Below, piece after piece: positions 1 through 10,240 of a stretch of DNA of 64,000 nucleotides. Positions within the stretch are counted from its first letter, which is position 1. Every line of letters begins with the position of its first letter. Made by a program: the position numbers and the translations under genes. The notes under the pieces were generated by a model. It had not been told where the DNA came from. It was given only the letters and a program-made list of their open reading frames with translations, and ran no database searches. Source of the stretch: Bacilli bacterium (GTDB lineage: Bacteria; Bacillota_I; Bacilli_A; RFN20; CAG-826); assembly GCA_024399115.1 (NCBI GenBank), contig JAKSHZ010000004.1, positions 52-64,051 on the forward strand, written 5' to 3'.

Positions 1-1315
<1,315 letters not shown>

Positions 1316-1463
1316 TTATTCTAGTTCAAAATAATTATCTGGTTTTGTATTGTTTTAAAAAATAAATTGACGTTTTTGTTTGTACATCTGTTTAGTTTTC
1401 AAAGATCAGTTGCACTCTATTACTTAAGTAATATCTATTGGCCTCTCGGCCGTGTGCTTGAAT

Positions 1464-1493
1464 ATATTATCACTATCGATTTAATAGTGTCAA
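1464..1493 (-). promoter_or_regulatory. sigma-A type rRNA promoter (-35 TTGACA, 18-nt spacer, extended -10 TGaTAATAT) about 150 nt upstream of the 16S 5' end
   Basis: Minus strand reads TTGACActattaaatcgatagTGaTAATAT. Consensus -35 and a near-consensus extended -10 in the AT-rich leader. Confidence 0.5.
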
Positions 1494-1550
1494 TAGGTTT
1501 TTTATATTTTTTAATATTTTTTTAATTAAGTATTTTTTAGGACATTTTCC

Positions 1551-1581
1551 TAACAAAAAAGGGCTTTTTTCGGCCCTTTAT
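1551..1581 (-). terminator. Rho-independent terminator after the BI-1 family gene, insulating the rRNA promoter
   Basis: Minus strand reads AAAGGGC cgaaaaaa GCCCTTT followed by TTTTGTT. Confidence 0.6.
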
Positions 1582-1603
1582 ATATATTAATAAGGAATAA
1601 TAA

Positions 1604-2347
1604 TTAATTTCTTTGAGAATTTCTTCCTAATATAATCAACAATCTCAAGAAAATATTTATAAAATCCACATATAACATAAAGGAGCCATAAAGAACTAAG
1701 TTGTAATTGTTCTGTGCACCGCTTGCGATAATGTCTTTTATTCTTCTTACATCATACATTGTGATGAAGAGCATAATTGCAAATACTGCCATTGAAGTAA
1801 CCCATGCAATTGAATCGCTTTGGAGGAATATGTTCATCAATGAGAGCATAATCACGCCCATGAACAATCCACCAATCAGCATTCCTGCAGGTCTCAATGA
1901 TCCTTTGCTCAAGTATCCAAGTAAAGCCATGATTCCGAATACAACAGATGTAACACCGAATGTATAAACGAGTGTACCTAAGTCGTAAGCAAAGTATAAG
2001 CTAGAAAGTAAGATACTTAAGAAAGAAAGATAAACAATATAACTTGGTAAAAGTGAATGTTTACCTCTAGCCATTACCATAGGCATAACAAATGCCATCA
2101 CTAGTAATCCAATACCGGATACCCCCATAAGACCAAGCATGATTTCTGCACCGACATCGATTCCTTGGTTTACAAAGTATGCGAATAAATGTGCGAGACC
2201 AAATGAAACTGCTGCAGTAACAAGTAATGAGATAAACATTACTCCAAATACTTTTGTTAACAAATTGTTTTGTTTTGCTGGAGCAGCATATTCGTATGAA
2301 TAATTTTCTTGGTTGCTATTTCCGTTTAATGAATTAAATGATGGCAT
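1604..2347 (-). CDS. Bax inhibitor-1 / YccA family membrane protein (7 TM)
   Basis: 247 aa with multiple TM helices and a C-terminal ...YVDFINIFLRLL motif typical of the BI-1/YccA family. Lies 20 nt downstream of tpiA. Confidence 0.6.
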   Translation of the reverse strand: MPSFNSLNGNSNQENYSYEYAAPAKQNNLLTKVFGVMFISLLVTAAVSFGLAHLFAYFVNQGIDVGAEIMLGLMGVSGIGLLVMAFVMPMVMARGKHSLLPSYIVYLSFLSILLSSLYFAYDLGTLVYTFGVTSVVFGIMALLGYLSKGSLRPAGMLIGGLFMGVIMLSLMNIFLQSDSIAWVTSMAVFAIMLFITMYDVRRIKDIIASGAQNNYNLVLYGSFMLYVDFINIFLRLLIILGRNSQRN

Positions 2348-2367
2348 GTTATATCCTTATAATAATA

Positions 2368-3123
2368 TTAGAGAATGTTGTTTAATAATCCTTCGTAAGA
2401 ATCGATCTTTAATGAAGCGCCGCCAACTAAAGCACCATCAACATCTGGGCATGATAAGTATGCTTTGACGTTTTCTGGTTTGACAGAGCCACCGTAAAGA
2501 ATTCTGATTTTTGAAGCTGCCTTACCGACAACTCCTTTTAAAACCTTACGAATGTATTTACAAACATCTTGAGCGATTTCAGTTGAAGCATTTTTGCCTG
2601 TGCCGATAGACCAAATTGGTTCATAAGCAACAACACAATTTTTTGCTTCTTCAGGTGAAATACCTTCGAAACCTTTAGTAATTTGTTCAGCGACAACAGC
2701 TTTTGTTTCGCCAGCTTCAAATTGAGCTAATGTTTCACCACAGCAGTAGACTGGAGTCATACCATTAGCGATCAATGCTTTCATTTTAGCATTGCACTTT
2801 TCGCTAGTTTCATTGTCGTAAGTTCTTCTTTCTGAGTGTCCTAAGATAACCCAGTCAATATTAAATTCTTTTAACATTGGGATAGAAACTTCGCCAGTGA
2901 AAGCGCCATGGTCTTCGAAATGAACGTTTTGAGCAGCAACGATCATTTTTTTAGCTGCATATTTCTTAACTGTAGCTAATGACATGAATGTTGGAGCAAC
3001 GCCAATATCGATTTTGTTTGCTTTTGCTTTAGCAACTAATGGCTTAGAAGCGATAGCAAATTCTTTTGCTTCGCTAGCAAGCTTATTCATTTTCCAGTTG
3101 CCTAATAATAATTTTCTTCTCAT
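2368..3123 (-). CDS. tpiA: triosephosphate isomerase
   Basis: N-terminal GNWKMN, GHSERR and EPIWSIGTGK catalytic motifs; 251 aa. Confidence 0.95.
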   Translation of the reverse strand: MRRKLLLGNWKMNKLASEAKEFAIASKPLVAKAKANKIDIGVAPTFMSLATVKKYAAKKMIVAAQNVHFEDHGAFTGEVSIPMLKEFNIDWVILGHSERRTYDNETSEKCNAKMKALIANGMTPVYCCGETLAQFEAGETKAVVAEQITKGFEGISPEEAKNCVVAYEPIWSIGTGKNASTEIAQDVCKYIRKVLKGVVGKAASKIRILYGGSVKPENVKAYLSCPDVDGALVGGASLKIDSYEGLLNNIL

Positions 3124-3129
3124 ATTCTA

Positions 3130-4359
3130 TTAACGAATGACGTCAATGCCTGGTAAGTGACCGTCGTTTTCGATCATTTCTAAGCTTGCGCCGCCTCCTG
3201 TTGAAACGTGTGAGAATTTATCTTTATAGCCGAATTGCTTGACAGCTGCAGCACTATCGCCACCACCACAAACAGTGAATGCTTCAGTATTTGCTGCGAT
3301 TGCTTCACAAACAGCTAATGTACCTTTTTGGAATTCTTCTTGTTCGAAGACACCGCTAGGGCCATTCCAGAAGATCATCTTTGCTTTTGCGATTTCTTCA
3401 GCGAATGCTTTTCTTGTTTCAGGACCGATGTCTAAACCTTCGAATGCATCACCGATATCGCTGATCTTAACAGTTTGAATTGTTGTTCTTTCTGCTGGAT
3501 CAAATGCATCAGAGATAACTGTATCGCATGGTAATACGATTTTGCCGTTACTCTTAATGTAGCAATTCTTTGCGTAATCTAATTGGTCATCTTCGACAGG
3601 TGAAGTACCTGTGTTGTAACCTAATGCTTTTAAGAAAGTGAATGCCATAGCACCACCGATTAAGATCTTGTCGCATTTATTTAATAATGATTCAATAACT
3701 TTGATTTTATCAGAAACTTTTAAACCACCTAAGATTGCGACATATGGTCTATCGCTTGCATCAACAGTGACGCAGCGAGTTAAGTTAGCGACTTCTTTTT
3801 CAACTAAGTAACCAACAGCGACTGGCTTGCCAGCTTCTTTTAAGTTTGCTGGGATACCATATGTTGAAGCGTGAGCTCTATGAGCACTACCGAAAGCGTC
3901 CATGACGAATGCATCGCCTAATGAAGCCCAGTATTTGCTTAATTCAGCATCATTCTTTTCTTCGCCCTTTTCATAACGTGTGTTTTGCATTAAGCAAACT
4001 TCACCATCGTTTAAAGAAGCGACTGTGTTTTCTAATTCTTCACCTCTAGTGACGCTGACGAATTTGACTGGTTGTCCTAAGACTTCTGCTAATCTAGCAG
4101 CGACTGGAGCCATATTGCCATCTTTGACTTGTTTTTCAAATTTAGCAGGGTCTTCGTCTTTTAATTTGTGTTTGATTTTGCCTAAGTGGCTCATTAATAC
4201 GACACGAGCTTTCTTAGCAAGTAATTCTTTAATTGTTGGAAGAGCAGCAACGATACGGTTATCATCGCGGATAACGCCTTCTTTGATAGGTACGTTGAAG
4301 TCAACTCTAACGATAACTTTTTTACCACTTAAATTTGGTAAATCTTTAACTGTTAACAT
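3130..4359 (-). CDS. pgk: phosphoglycerate kinase
   Basis: MLTVKDL...VRVDFNVP N-terminus. The start is placed at the internal ATG with AAAGGAGA 8 nt upstream. The ORF-track N-terminal extension (MALLWGAIYL...) is judged spurious. Confidence 0.9.
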   Translation of the reverse strand: MLTVKDLPNLSGKKVIVRVDFNVPIKEGVIRDDNRIVAALPTIKELLAKKARVVLMSHLGKIKHKLKDEDPAKFEKQVKDGNMAPVAARLAEVLGQPVKFVSVTRGEELENTVASLNDGEVCLMQNTRYEKGEEKNDAELSKYWASLGDAFVMDAFGSAHRAHASTYGIPANLKEAGKPVAVGYLVEKEVANLTRCVTVDASDRPYVAILGGLKVSDKIKVIESLLNKCDKILIGGAMAFTFLKALGYNTGTSPVEDDQLDYAKNCYIKSNGKIVLPCDTVISDAFDPAERTTIQTVKISDIGDAFEGLDIGPETRKAFAEEIAKAKMIFWNGPSGVFEQEEFQKGTLAVCEAIAANTEAFTVCGGGDSAAAVKQFGYKDKFSHVSTGGGASLEMIENDGHLPGIDVIR

Positions 4360-4433
4360 TATTTTTATTCTCCTTTCAATGAGATAAATGGCACCCCATA
4401 GGAGTGCCATTAATGTTTTTAACTTAAGTTAAA

Positions 4434-5513
4434 TTAGCATTTTTCAGCGAAGTATTTGATTGTACGAACCATTTGGCTTGTGTATGAGTTTTCGTTGTCG
4501 TACCAAGAAACAACTTGAACTTGGTATAAACCTTCACCGATAACAGAAACCATAGTTTGTGTAGCATCAAATAAAGAACCGAATCTCATACCGACGACGT
4601 CGCTAGAGACGATTTGGTCTTCGTTGTAGCCGAATGAAGCGTTTGATTGAGCTTTCATAGCAGCGTTGACGACTTCTGGTGTTAATTCACCATCATATTT
4701 AACAACTGCAGTTAAGATTGTTGTAGAACCTGTAGCAACAGGAACACGTTGAGCACTACCGATTAATTTACCGTTTAATGCTGGGATAACTAAGCCGATT
4801 GCTTTAGCAGCACCAGTTGAGTTAGGAACGATGTTTGCAGCACCAGCACGAGCTCTTCTTAAGTCACCTTTTCTGTGTGGACCATCTAAGATCATTTGGT
4901 CACCAGTGTAAGCGTGAATTGTGCTCATGATACCTGATTGGATTGGAGCTAAATCGTTTAAAGCTTTAGCCATTGGAGCTAAGCAGTTTGTTGTACAGCT
5001 AGCAGCTGAGATAACTTGATCTTCAGCAGTTAATGTTTCTTCGTTAACACCGAAGACGATTGTTGGTAAGTCTTTACCAGCAGGTGCTGAGATAACAACT
5101 TTCTTTGCACCAGCAGCAACGTGTGCCATTGATTTTTCTTTTGAACAGTAGAAACCTGTACATTCTAAGACAACATCAACACCAATTTGACCCCATGGGA
5201 GTTCATTTGCTTTTGGCATAGCGTAGATAGTAATTTCTTTACCATCAACTGTGATGCTACCTGGTGTGACAACTGTTTTACCATCTTCAGCTAAAACTGG
5301 TTCTTTAGAAGAGACAGTGTGTAAGTTTTCACCAATACGACCTGTGTAACCACCTTGTGCAGTATCATATTTTAATAAGTTAGCCAACATCTTTGGAGAA
5401 GTTAAGTCGTTAATAGCAACAACTTCATAACCTTCTGCACCAAACATTTGTCTAAATGCTAAACGGCCGATACGTCCGAAACCGTTAATTGCAACTCTGA
5501 CGTTTTTTGACAT
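4434..5513 (-). CDS. gap: glyceraldehyde-3-phosphate dehydrogenase
   Basis: NGFGRIGR Rossmann motif and SCTTNCLAP active-site Cys; AGGAGG RBS. Confidence 0.95.
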   Translation of the reverse strand: MSKNVRVAINGFGRIGRLAFRQMFGAEGYEVVAINDLTSPKMLANLLKYDTAQGGYTGRIGENLHTVSSKEPVLAEDGKTVVTPGSITVDGKEITIYAMPKANELPWGQIGVDVVLECTGFYCSKEKSMAHVAAGAKKVVISAPAGKDLPTIVFGVNEETLTAEDQVISAASCTTNCLAPMAKALNDLAPIQSGIMSTIHAYTGDQMILDGPHRKGDLRRARAGAANIVPNSTGAAKAIGLVIPALNGKLIGSAQRVPVATGSTTILTAVVKYDGELTPEVVNAAMKAQSNASFGYNEDQIVSSDVVGMRFGSLFDATQTMVSVIGEGLYQVQVVSWYDNENSYTSQMVRTIKYFAEKC

Positions 5514-5549
5514 AAAATAATTGCCTCCTATTTGTCATTGCGCTTGTAT

Positions 5550-5579
5550 TTTATACTATCGTACACTATAAAACAAGTT
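5550..5579 (-). promoter_or_regulatory. Candidate promoter for the gap-pgk-tpiA operon (-35 ACTTGT, -10 TATAAAAT)
   Basis: Minus strand reads ACTTGTtttatagtgtacgatagTATAAAAT, downstream of the xre terminator and upstream of the gap RBS. Confidence 0.3.
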
Positions 5580-5582
5580 TTA

Positions 5583-5642
5583 TGATTTAAAAAACCGGAA
5601 ATTTTTAGCTATGTCCCATTGCATAGTAAGTTTCCGGTTTTA
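5583..5642 (-). terminator. Intrinsic terminator after the xre gene: 10-bp stem AAACCGGAAA/TTTCCGGTTT, a 29-nt loop that carries an internal 5-bp hairpin, then a U-tract
   Basis: Minus strand reads AAACCGGAAA cttaCTATGcaatgggaCATAGctaaaaa TTTCCGGTTT TTTAAAT. Confidence 0.5.
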
Positions 5643-5861
5643 TCTAATTACATCAATTCCCCTAAACAGGTACTCCATCGAGATTCTTAAGCCAATAGAA
5701 ATTCGAACAAGAATGTCCAACGAAGGGTTCCTTTGTCCTCTCTCTAAATCGCTTAAGTAATTCCTGTTTATATTACTTTCAAGAGCGAGGTCTTCGATTG
5801 ACATGTTTCTTAATTTTCTAAGGTATCTAATTCTCATTCCGAGTTGCTTTTTAACTGTCAT
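5640..5861 (-). CDS. XRE-family helix-turn-helix transcriptional regulator (73 aa)
   Basis: HTH_XRE-like region ...MSIEDLALESNINRNYLSDLERGQRNPSLDIL.... Its ATG overlaps the whiA TGA stop (ATGA). Confidence 0.7.
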   Translation of the reverse strand: MTVKKQLGMRIRYLRKLRNMSIEDLALESNINRNYLSDLERGQRNPSLDILVRISIGLRISMEYLFRGIDVIR

Positions 5862-6808
5862 TTTTTGAACCTCAAATATAACTCGTGTAAATACCTAAAT
5901 AAGTGATTTATATTACTTTTAGTAATAGGTTTATTTAATTTCTCTCCCAAAATAGACGCAAGTTCTTGTAAAGATGCTGAGTCATTTTCGAGTCTAATTT
6001 TAGCTAATTCTCTTGCTTTAATGTTATGAATATTGTCAATGCCTAAAGCTTTATCAATCACGTTAATTTCTTCAATTTGACGTTGGCCTGTTTCTAAAGT
6101 TCTCTTTAAATTTGCAGTGTCCATATTCATGAGACGATTTGCAGTATTTAATGAATCTCTGGTAACTCTAACATCTTCGAATTCTAAGCAGCTAGAAACC
6201 GCACCAATCATAATTAAGAAAGTTGAAATTTGATCACATTTCTTGAAATAAATTACGTAATTTTCTCTACGTTTAATAATCTTTGGTTCGATATTAGAGT
6301 TTTTATATTTTGCGAATAATTTAGATAACCATTTTGCGAAGTTATCGTTATTTAAAGAAATCTCTAAATGATAGTTACTTGTAACAGGAGAGTTAATACT
6401 ACCACTTGCTAAGAATGCTCCAGCTAAGTATCCAGAAATAGTATCATCGTTTTTAACGATGTTTTTAGATATTTTCCCTTCGACAAAGGAAATATCTAAA
6501 TCGTCAATAATCTCTTCTGAAGCCTCTTCGATTTCAATAATATAGTTATTTGATTTAGAAAGATTTGCTTTCTTATTAGTAATTAAATTAACTTTAGTTT
6601 TGTAAATTTCAGAGATTGTTTCGTATAAAAATTTAGAGATTTTTGCGTTCTCAGTTTTCAAACTTAACAAAGTTGATTTATTACGGATGATTAAAGAACC
6701 ATTTATACGAATATAAGCGGCTAAAAGGGCTCTCAATCTATCGAAAGAATCGTAAGAGTTTGAGACTAATTCTTCTTTAACTTTTTTTGTAAATGAATCT
6801 TTTTTCAT
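5858..6808 (-). CDS. whiA: sporulation/cell-division regulator WhiA (LAGLIDADG-like and HTH domains)
   Basis: N-terminus SFTKKVKEEL is typical of WhiA, with a C-terminal HTH. Start placed at the first ATG, 2 nt after the rapZ stop; the track start 6832 is a TTG. Confidence 0.85.
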   Translation of the reverse strand: MKKDSFTKKVKEELVSNSYDSFDRLRALLAAYIRINGSLIIRNKSTLLSLKTENAKISKFLYETISEIYKTKVNLITNKKANLSKSNNYIIEIEEASEEIIDDLDISFVEGKISKNIVKNDDTISGYLAGAFLASGSINSPVTSNYHLEISLNNDNFAKWLSKLFAKYKNSNIEPKIIKRRENYVIYFKKCDQISTFLIMIGAVSSCLEFEDVRVTRDSLNTANRLMNMDTANLKRTLETGQRQIEEINVIDKALGIDNIHNIKARELAKIRLENDSASLQELASILGEKLNKPITKSNINHLFRYLHELYLRFKK

Positions 6809-6810
6809 AA

Positions 6811-7185
6811 TTATTTGTTTAATTCTTCGCAATCTCTATGGAATAAAGTGACGTTGTAACTATCTTTGAAATAGTTTGCTAAGTAATTCGCTACATAAGT
6901 AGATCTATGATGTCCACCGGTGCAAATCACGCCTATTTTATAAGCTGGTCTTCCGCTTTTTTGCATAGCTTCTAAGTGATAAGTAAGGTAATCGACAGTT
7001 TTATCTAAGAAAACTTTTGTTTCTGGATGTTCGTTAAAGAACTTTACATTGTCTTCGTGAAGACCAGTTTTCTCTCTTAGATCATCTATATAATAAGGAT
7101 TAGGAAGGCTCCTACAATCCACCATCATATCGATATCTTTTTCAATACCGTGCTTAAGACCAAACGAAATAAATGTTACGTCCAT
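6811..7185 (-). CDS. rapZ: RapZ/YvcJ C-terminal domain only (124 aa); the N-terminal P-loop kinase domain is absent from this gene
   Basis: Aligns by eye to E. coli RapZ residues about 155-284 (FESFGFKHG..D.VFDVR.LPNP...CTGGKHRS). Starts 1 nt after the trxB stop. Confidence 0.75.
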   Translation of the reverse strand: MDVTFISFGLKHGIEKDIDMMVDCRSLPNPYYIDDLREKTGLHEDNVKFFNEHPETKVFLDKTVDYLTYHLEAMQKSGRPAYKIGVICTGGHHRSTYVANYLANYFKDSYNVTLFHRDCEELNK

Positions 7186-7186
7186 T

Positions 7187-8101
7187 TTATTCGCCTCTTA
7201 AAAATTTATGGATGCTTCTAGCAGCAACCACACCATCGTGTTCAGCTAAGTAAATTTGTCTGATATCACGAGGTAAAATATCTCCACCTGCAAATAGACC
7301 AGGAACATTTGTTTCCATAGTTCTTAAATTTACAGGGACAGTTCCGATTTCATCTAAAACTCCATCAATCTTAACGAAATCTGATTGAGGAAGTTGTCCA
7401 ACAACAGGGAAGCAAGCTTTTACAGGAACCACCACTTCCTCGTTAGTTGAAATATTTTTAAGTTTAACGCCTTCCAATGATTCTTCTCCAAGTAATTCAG
7501 TAGCAACGTAAGGAGAAAGAATTTCGACGTTATCATGATTTTTAAATTCAGTGATTAGTTTTCCTAATCCCTTGAACTCATCATCTGTATTAACAAGATA
7601 AACTTTGCTACATAAACGAGTTAAATAGATAGCTTCTTTGAGTGCTGAGCTATCTCCACCAATGACCATTGCGTCTTGGCCTCTAAAGAAATGTCCATCG
7701 CAGATTGCACAATACGAAATGCCGTGTCCAAAAAGCTCTTCTTCTTTATCTAAACCAAGTGTTTTTTCTTTTGTGCCACATGAAATAAGGACAGTTTTTG
7801 CATTGTAAGTTTCTCTTTTACAAGTTAAAACAAACTCTCCGTTTTTCTCTAATGATAAGACTTCGTCTCCGACGATTTTAATTCCATTTGCTTTCGCTTT
7901 TTTATAAAATTCGAAAGCCAAATCTGGACCTGGAATTTCAGTATATCCTGGATAGTTATCAACTCTTGGAGCAATGTTAACTTTTCCGCCAATTGGACCT
8001 TTTTCAATGATGATACTTTCAATACCAAGTTTCTTTAATTCGATAGCAGCACCGATTCCACATGGACCAGCGCCAATAATAATGCATTCTTTATTTTCCA
8101 T
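7187..8101 (-). CDS. trxB: thioredoxin-disulfide reductase
   Basis: GAGPCG FAD motif, CAICDG redox-active CxxC and a second NAD(P)-binding GG motif; 304 aa. Confidence 0.9.
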   Translation of the reverse strand: MENKECIIIGAGPCGIGAAIELKKLGIESIIIEKGPIGGKVNIAPRVDNYPGYTEIPGPDLAFEFYKKAKANGIKIVGDEVLSLEKNGEFVLTCKRETYNAKTVLISCGTKEKTLGLDKEEELFGHGISYCAICDGHFFRGQDAMVIGGDSSALKEAIYLTRLCSKVYLVNTDDEFKGLGKLITEFKNHDNVEILSPYVATELLGEESLEGVKLKNISTNEEVVVPVKACFPVVGQLPQSDFVKIDGVLDEIGTVPVNLRTMETNVPGLFAGGDILPRDIRQIYLAEHDGVVAARSIHKFLRGE

Positions 8102-8103
8102 GT

Positions 8104-8748
8104 TTACTCCATAACTACTTTCTTTAATTCTTTAAAGTCTTTTACCCAATATTTTGGATTAGTGCCTGGTTGAAATTTTCTAGGACCCCAAGTTAATAAG
8201 GCACAGTCTATACCGGCATTAGTTGCAAAATCATAGTCAATTGTGTTGTCGCCAACATAAAGGACTCTAGACTTATCTTTAATATTAAAATGTTCGAAAG
8301 CCATCTCTGCTCCACTAGGATCAGGTTTATTAGCTTTTACATCATCACTGCCTAAGCAATAGTCAATCACGTCATCTAAACGAATCAACTCTAAAGTTAA
8401 AGCGGCGTTTTGAGAATTCTTATTTGTAATAACGCCTACTTTTAACCCATTTTTAATGAAGGATTTTATTGTTTCAAAAACCCCTTCAAATTCTGTGATA
8501 AATCCGCGATAACAATCGCGAGAAATAGTCTTATAAGCTGGGAACATTTCCTCGATTGGATAATCAGGAAACTCTTTTAATAATGTGTCTCTGATTGGTG
8601 GACCAGAAAAATAAATCAATTCATCATCTGTTCTATAGACTCTTGGCTTATAGACTTTATAAAGACGATGAAAAGTTTCGATTATCATCGGATCTGTATT
8701 GGCAATTGTGCCATCCATATCAAAAAGAACTAAGTCGTAATTAGGCAT
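8104..8748 (-). CDS. HAD-superfamily hydrolase, PpaX-like (pyrophosphatase / phosphoglycolate-phosphatase-like)
   Basis: FDMDGT motif I, GVITNK motif and GDNTID motif. Overlaps the lgt stop, matching the lgt-ppaX arrangement of Bacilli. Confidence 0.65.
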   Translation of the reverse strand: MPNYDLVLFDMDGTIANTDPMIIETFHRLYKVYKPRVYRTDDELIYFSGPPIRDTLLKEFPDYPIEEMFPAYKTISRDCYRGFITEFEGVFETIKSFIKNGLKVGVITNKNSQNAALTLELIRLDDVIDYCLGSDDVKANKPDPSGAEMAFEHFNIKDKSRVLYVGDNTIDYDFATNAGIDCALLTWGPRKFQPGTNPKYWVKDFKELKKVVME

Positions 8749-10240
8749 TCTTTACCTTTCTTGCTTCAACAAGTCTTAAAACTGCAGGGACAATCAATAA
8801 TAATACTGAGAATCCTAATGCAAACAACATAAGGCCAATGTTAAATGGCGCAAAGCCAATCTTTTCGTTAAATGAATTTGATGCCATTAAAACTATAGCT
8901 GGAATTACAGCACCAACACCAATTACGCCGAAACAAATTGTTTCAACAAGGCCTAATTTCTTATCGCCTTTTTGAACAATATAGTTATTTTTACGTTTCT
9001 TAATAATGTATCTAACAACATGGTTAGCAATGATTAATAAAGTACCGACTAAAACGAATAATAAGCTCCAGATCCATGACCAGTAACCATTTTCACCCAT
9101 GTTATAAGCTGAATGTCTAAATGGTTCCATAATAACTCTAGTTGCGCCATACCAAATGATATATGCGAAAGCTAAGTCACCTGGTTCAGTAATTTTTCTA
9201 AGTTTCTTGCCTAATAAGTGAGCAATTACAAAGTAACCGAAGAAATTAACTAATGCTTCAATAAAGAATAATGGAACATACATCATACCTTCAGGAGCAT
9301 AACCAGCTCTTTCAGAATACATCATGTTATTTCTAATGATTTCAGGTAACCATTTAAAATTATCTACACTAGTGGTTAAACCATGAACTTCGCAGTTAAA
9401 GAAGTTTCCAAATCTACCAACAGCTTGTGCGATTAAAATTGTTGGAACGATTAAATCGACAGCTACCCAAATTGAGTATTTCTTGTTTTTCCAAAGGAAC
9501 CAAGCAACACCAACGATGATACCCATGAGAGCACCACCAAGGATAGTTAAACCACCTTGCCAAATCTTGATCCAATCTTGAATTGGAACTCCATCACCAA
9601 TGCAGTACCAAAGTCTAGCGCCAATAATACCAGCTGGGAAAGCAACAAAGAATGTAGATTCGAGGATTCCGTGAACCTTATATTCTTTATACATAAAGTG
9701 GTCACACATAAAATAAACAAGGATTGCACCAGAAAGAATACAAATAGCATAGAATGCGATATTTGGTCTTGCACCTGTAGGATTTACAAATCCTTTATCA
9801 AAACTAATGCCATTGACTAAAGGATAAGTTAAATATGGAGCAAATCCATCAAGCCATAAGAACAATGCTAAAAACGCAGCAACGAATAAACCGATAAATG
9901 AATAGAAAATTTTCTTCTTCCAAGTTTCGTCAATGTTCTTGCCATAGTAATAATAGATAAAGAAATGAATTGCGGTTGTTAAAGCAAAAGCGAATGATAA
10001 TGCGCCAGCAATTAATTTAAACCAGTGTAATCCGTCAACAGGAAAACTCTTCCAAACAACTATTCCGACCGACATAACAGTTAAGCAAACTGCAACAATT
10101 GCGTCGTAAATTAATGTCTTTTTGATAATTTTTCCAAAATCGACATCAATCATCTCGGTTGAAATTAATTTTTTTGTTTGGTAGAAACCATAAAATCCAG
10201 CTACCAAAGTAGCTAATGCAAAAATGATAAATAGTACCAT
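8741..10240 (-). CDS. lgt: prolipoprotein diacylglyceryl transferase, long form (499 aa) with N- and C-terminal membrane extensions
   Basis: Lgt signature GRFGNFFNCEVHG in the middle of the protein, which is polytopic. The start overlaps the uvrA stop (TAATG). Confidence 0.8.
   Translation of the reverse strand: MVLFIIFALATLVAGFYGFYQTKKLISTEMIDVDFGKIIKKTLIYDAIVAVCLTVMSVGIVVWKSFPVDGLHWFKLIAGALSFAFALTTAIHFFIYYYYGKNIDETWKKKIFYSFIGLFVAAFLALFLWLDGFAPYLTYPLVNGISFDKGFVNPTGARPNIAFYAICILSGAILVYFMCDHFMYKEYKVHGILESTFFVAFPAGIIGARLWYCIGDGVPIQDWIKIWQGGLTILGGALMGIIVGVAWFLWKNKKYSIWVAVDLIVPTILIAQAVGRFGNFFNCEVHGLTTSVDNFKWLPEIIRNNMMYSERAGYAPEGMMYVPLFFIEALVNFFGYFVIAHLLGKKLRKITEPGDLAFAYIIWYGATRVIMEPFRHSAYNMGENGYWSWIWSLLFVLVGTLLIIANHVVRYIIKKRKNNYIVQKGDKKLGLVETICFGVIGVGAVIPAIVLMASNSFNEKIGFAPFNIGLMLFALGFSVLLLIVPAVLRLVEARKVKNA

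Noticed and set aside
1707-1967. Antisense or alternative-frame ORFs of 60-135 aa inside large genes (e.g. 1707..1967, 3239..3478, 3980..4387, 15517..15735, 25063..25341, 44556..45191)
   Set aside because: Each lies fully within a well-supported gene on the opposite strand or in another frame, with low-complexity composition typical of AT-rich antisense reading.
4360-4410. N-terminal extensions in the ORF track for pgk, whiA, cmk, nfu, fer, pgsA and the K-channel gene
   Set aside because: The extensions start at TTG or GTG, or run upstream without an RBS, and they overlap upstream genes or promoters. Internal ATG codons with good SD sequences match the canonical N-termini of these families.
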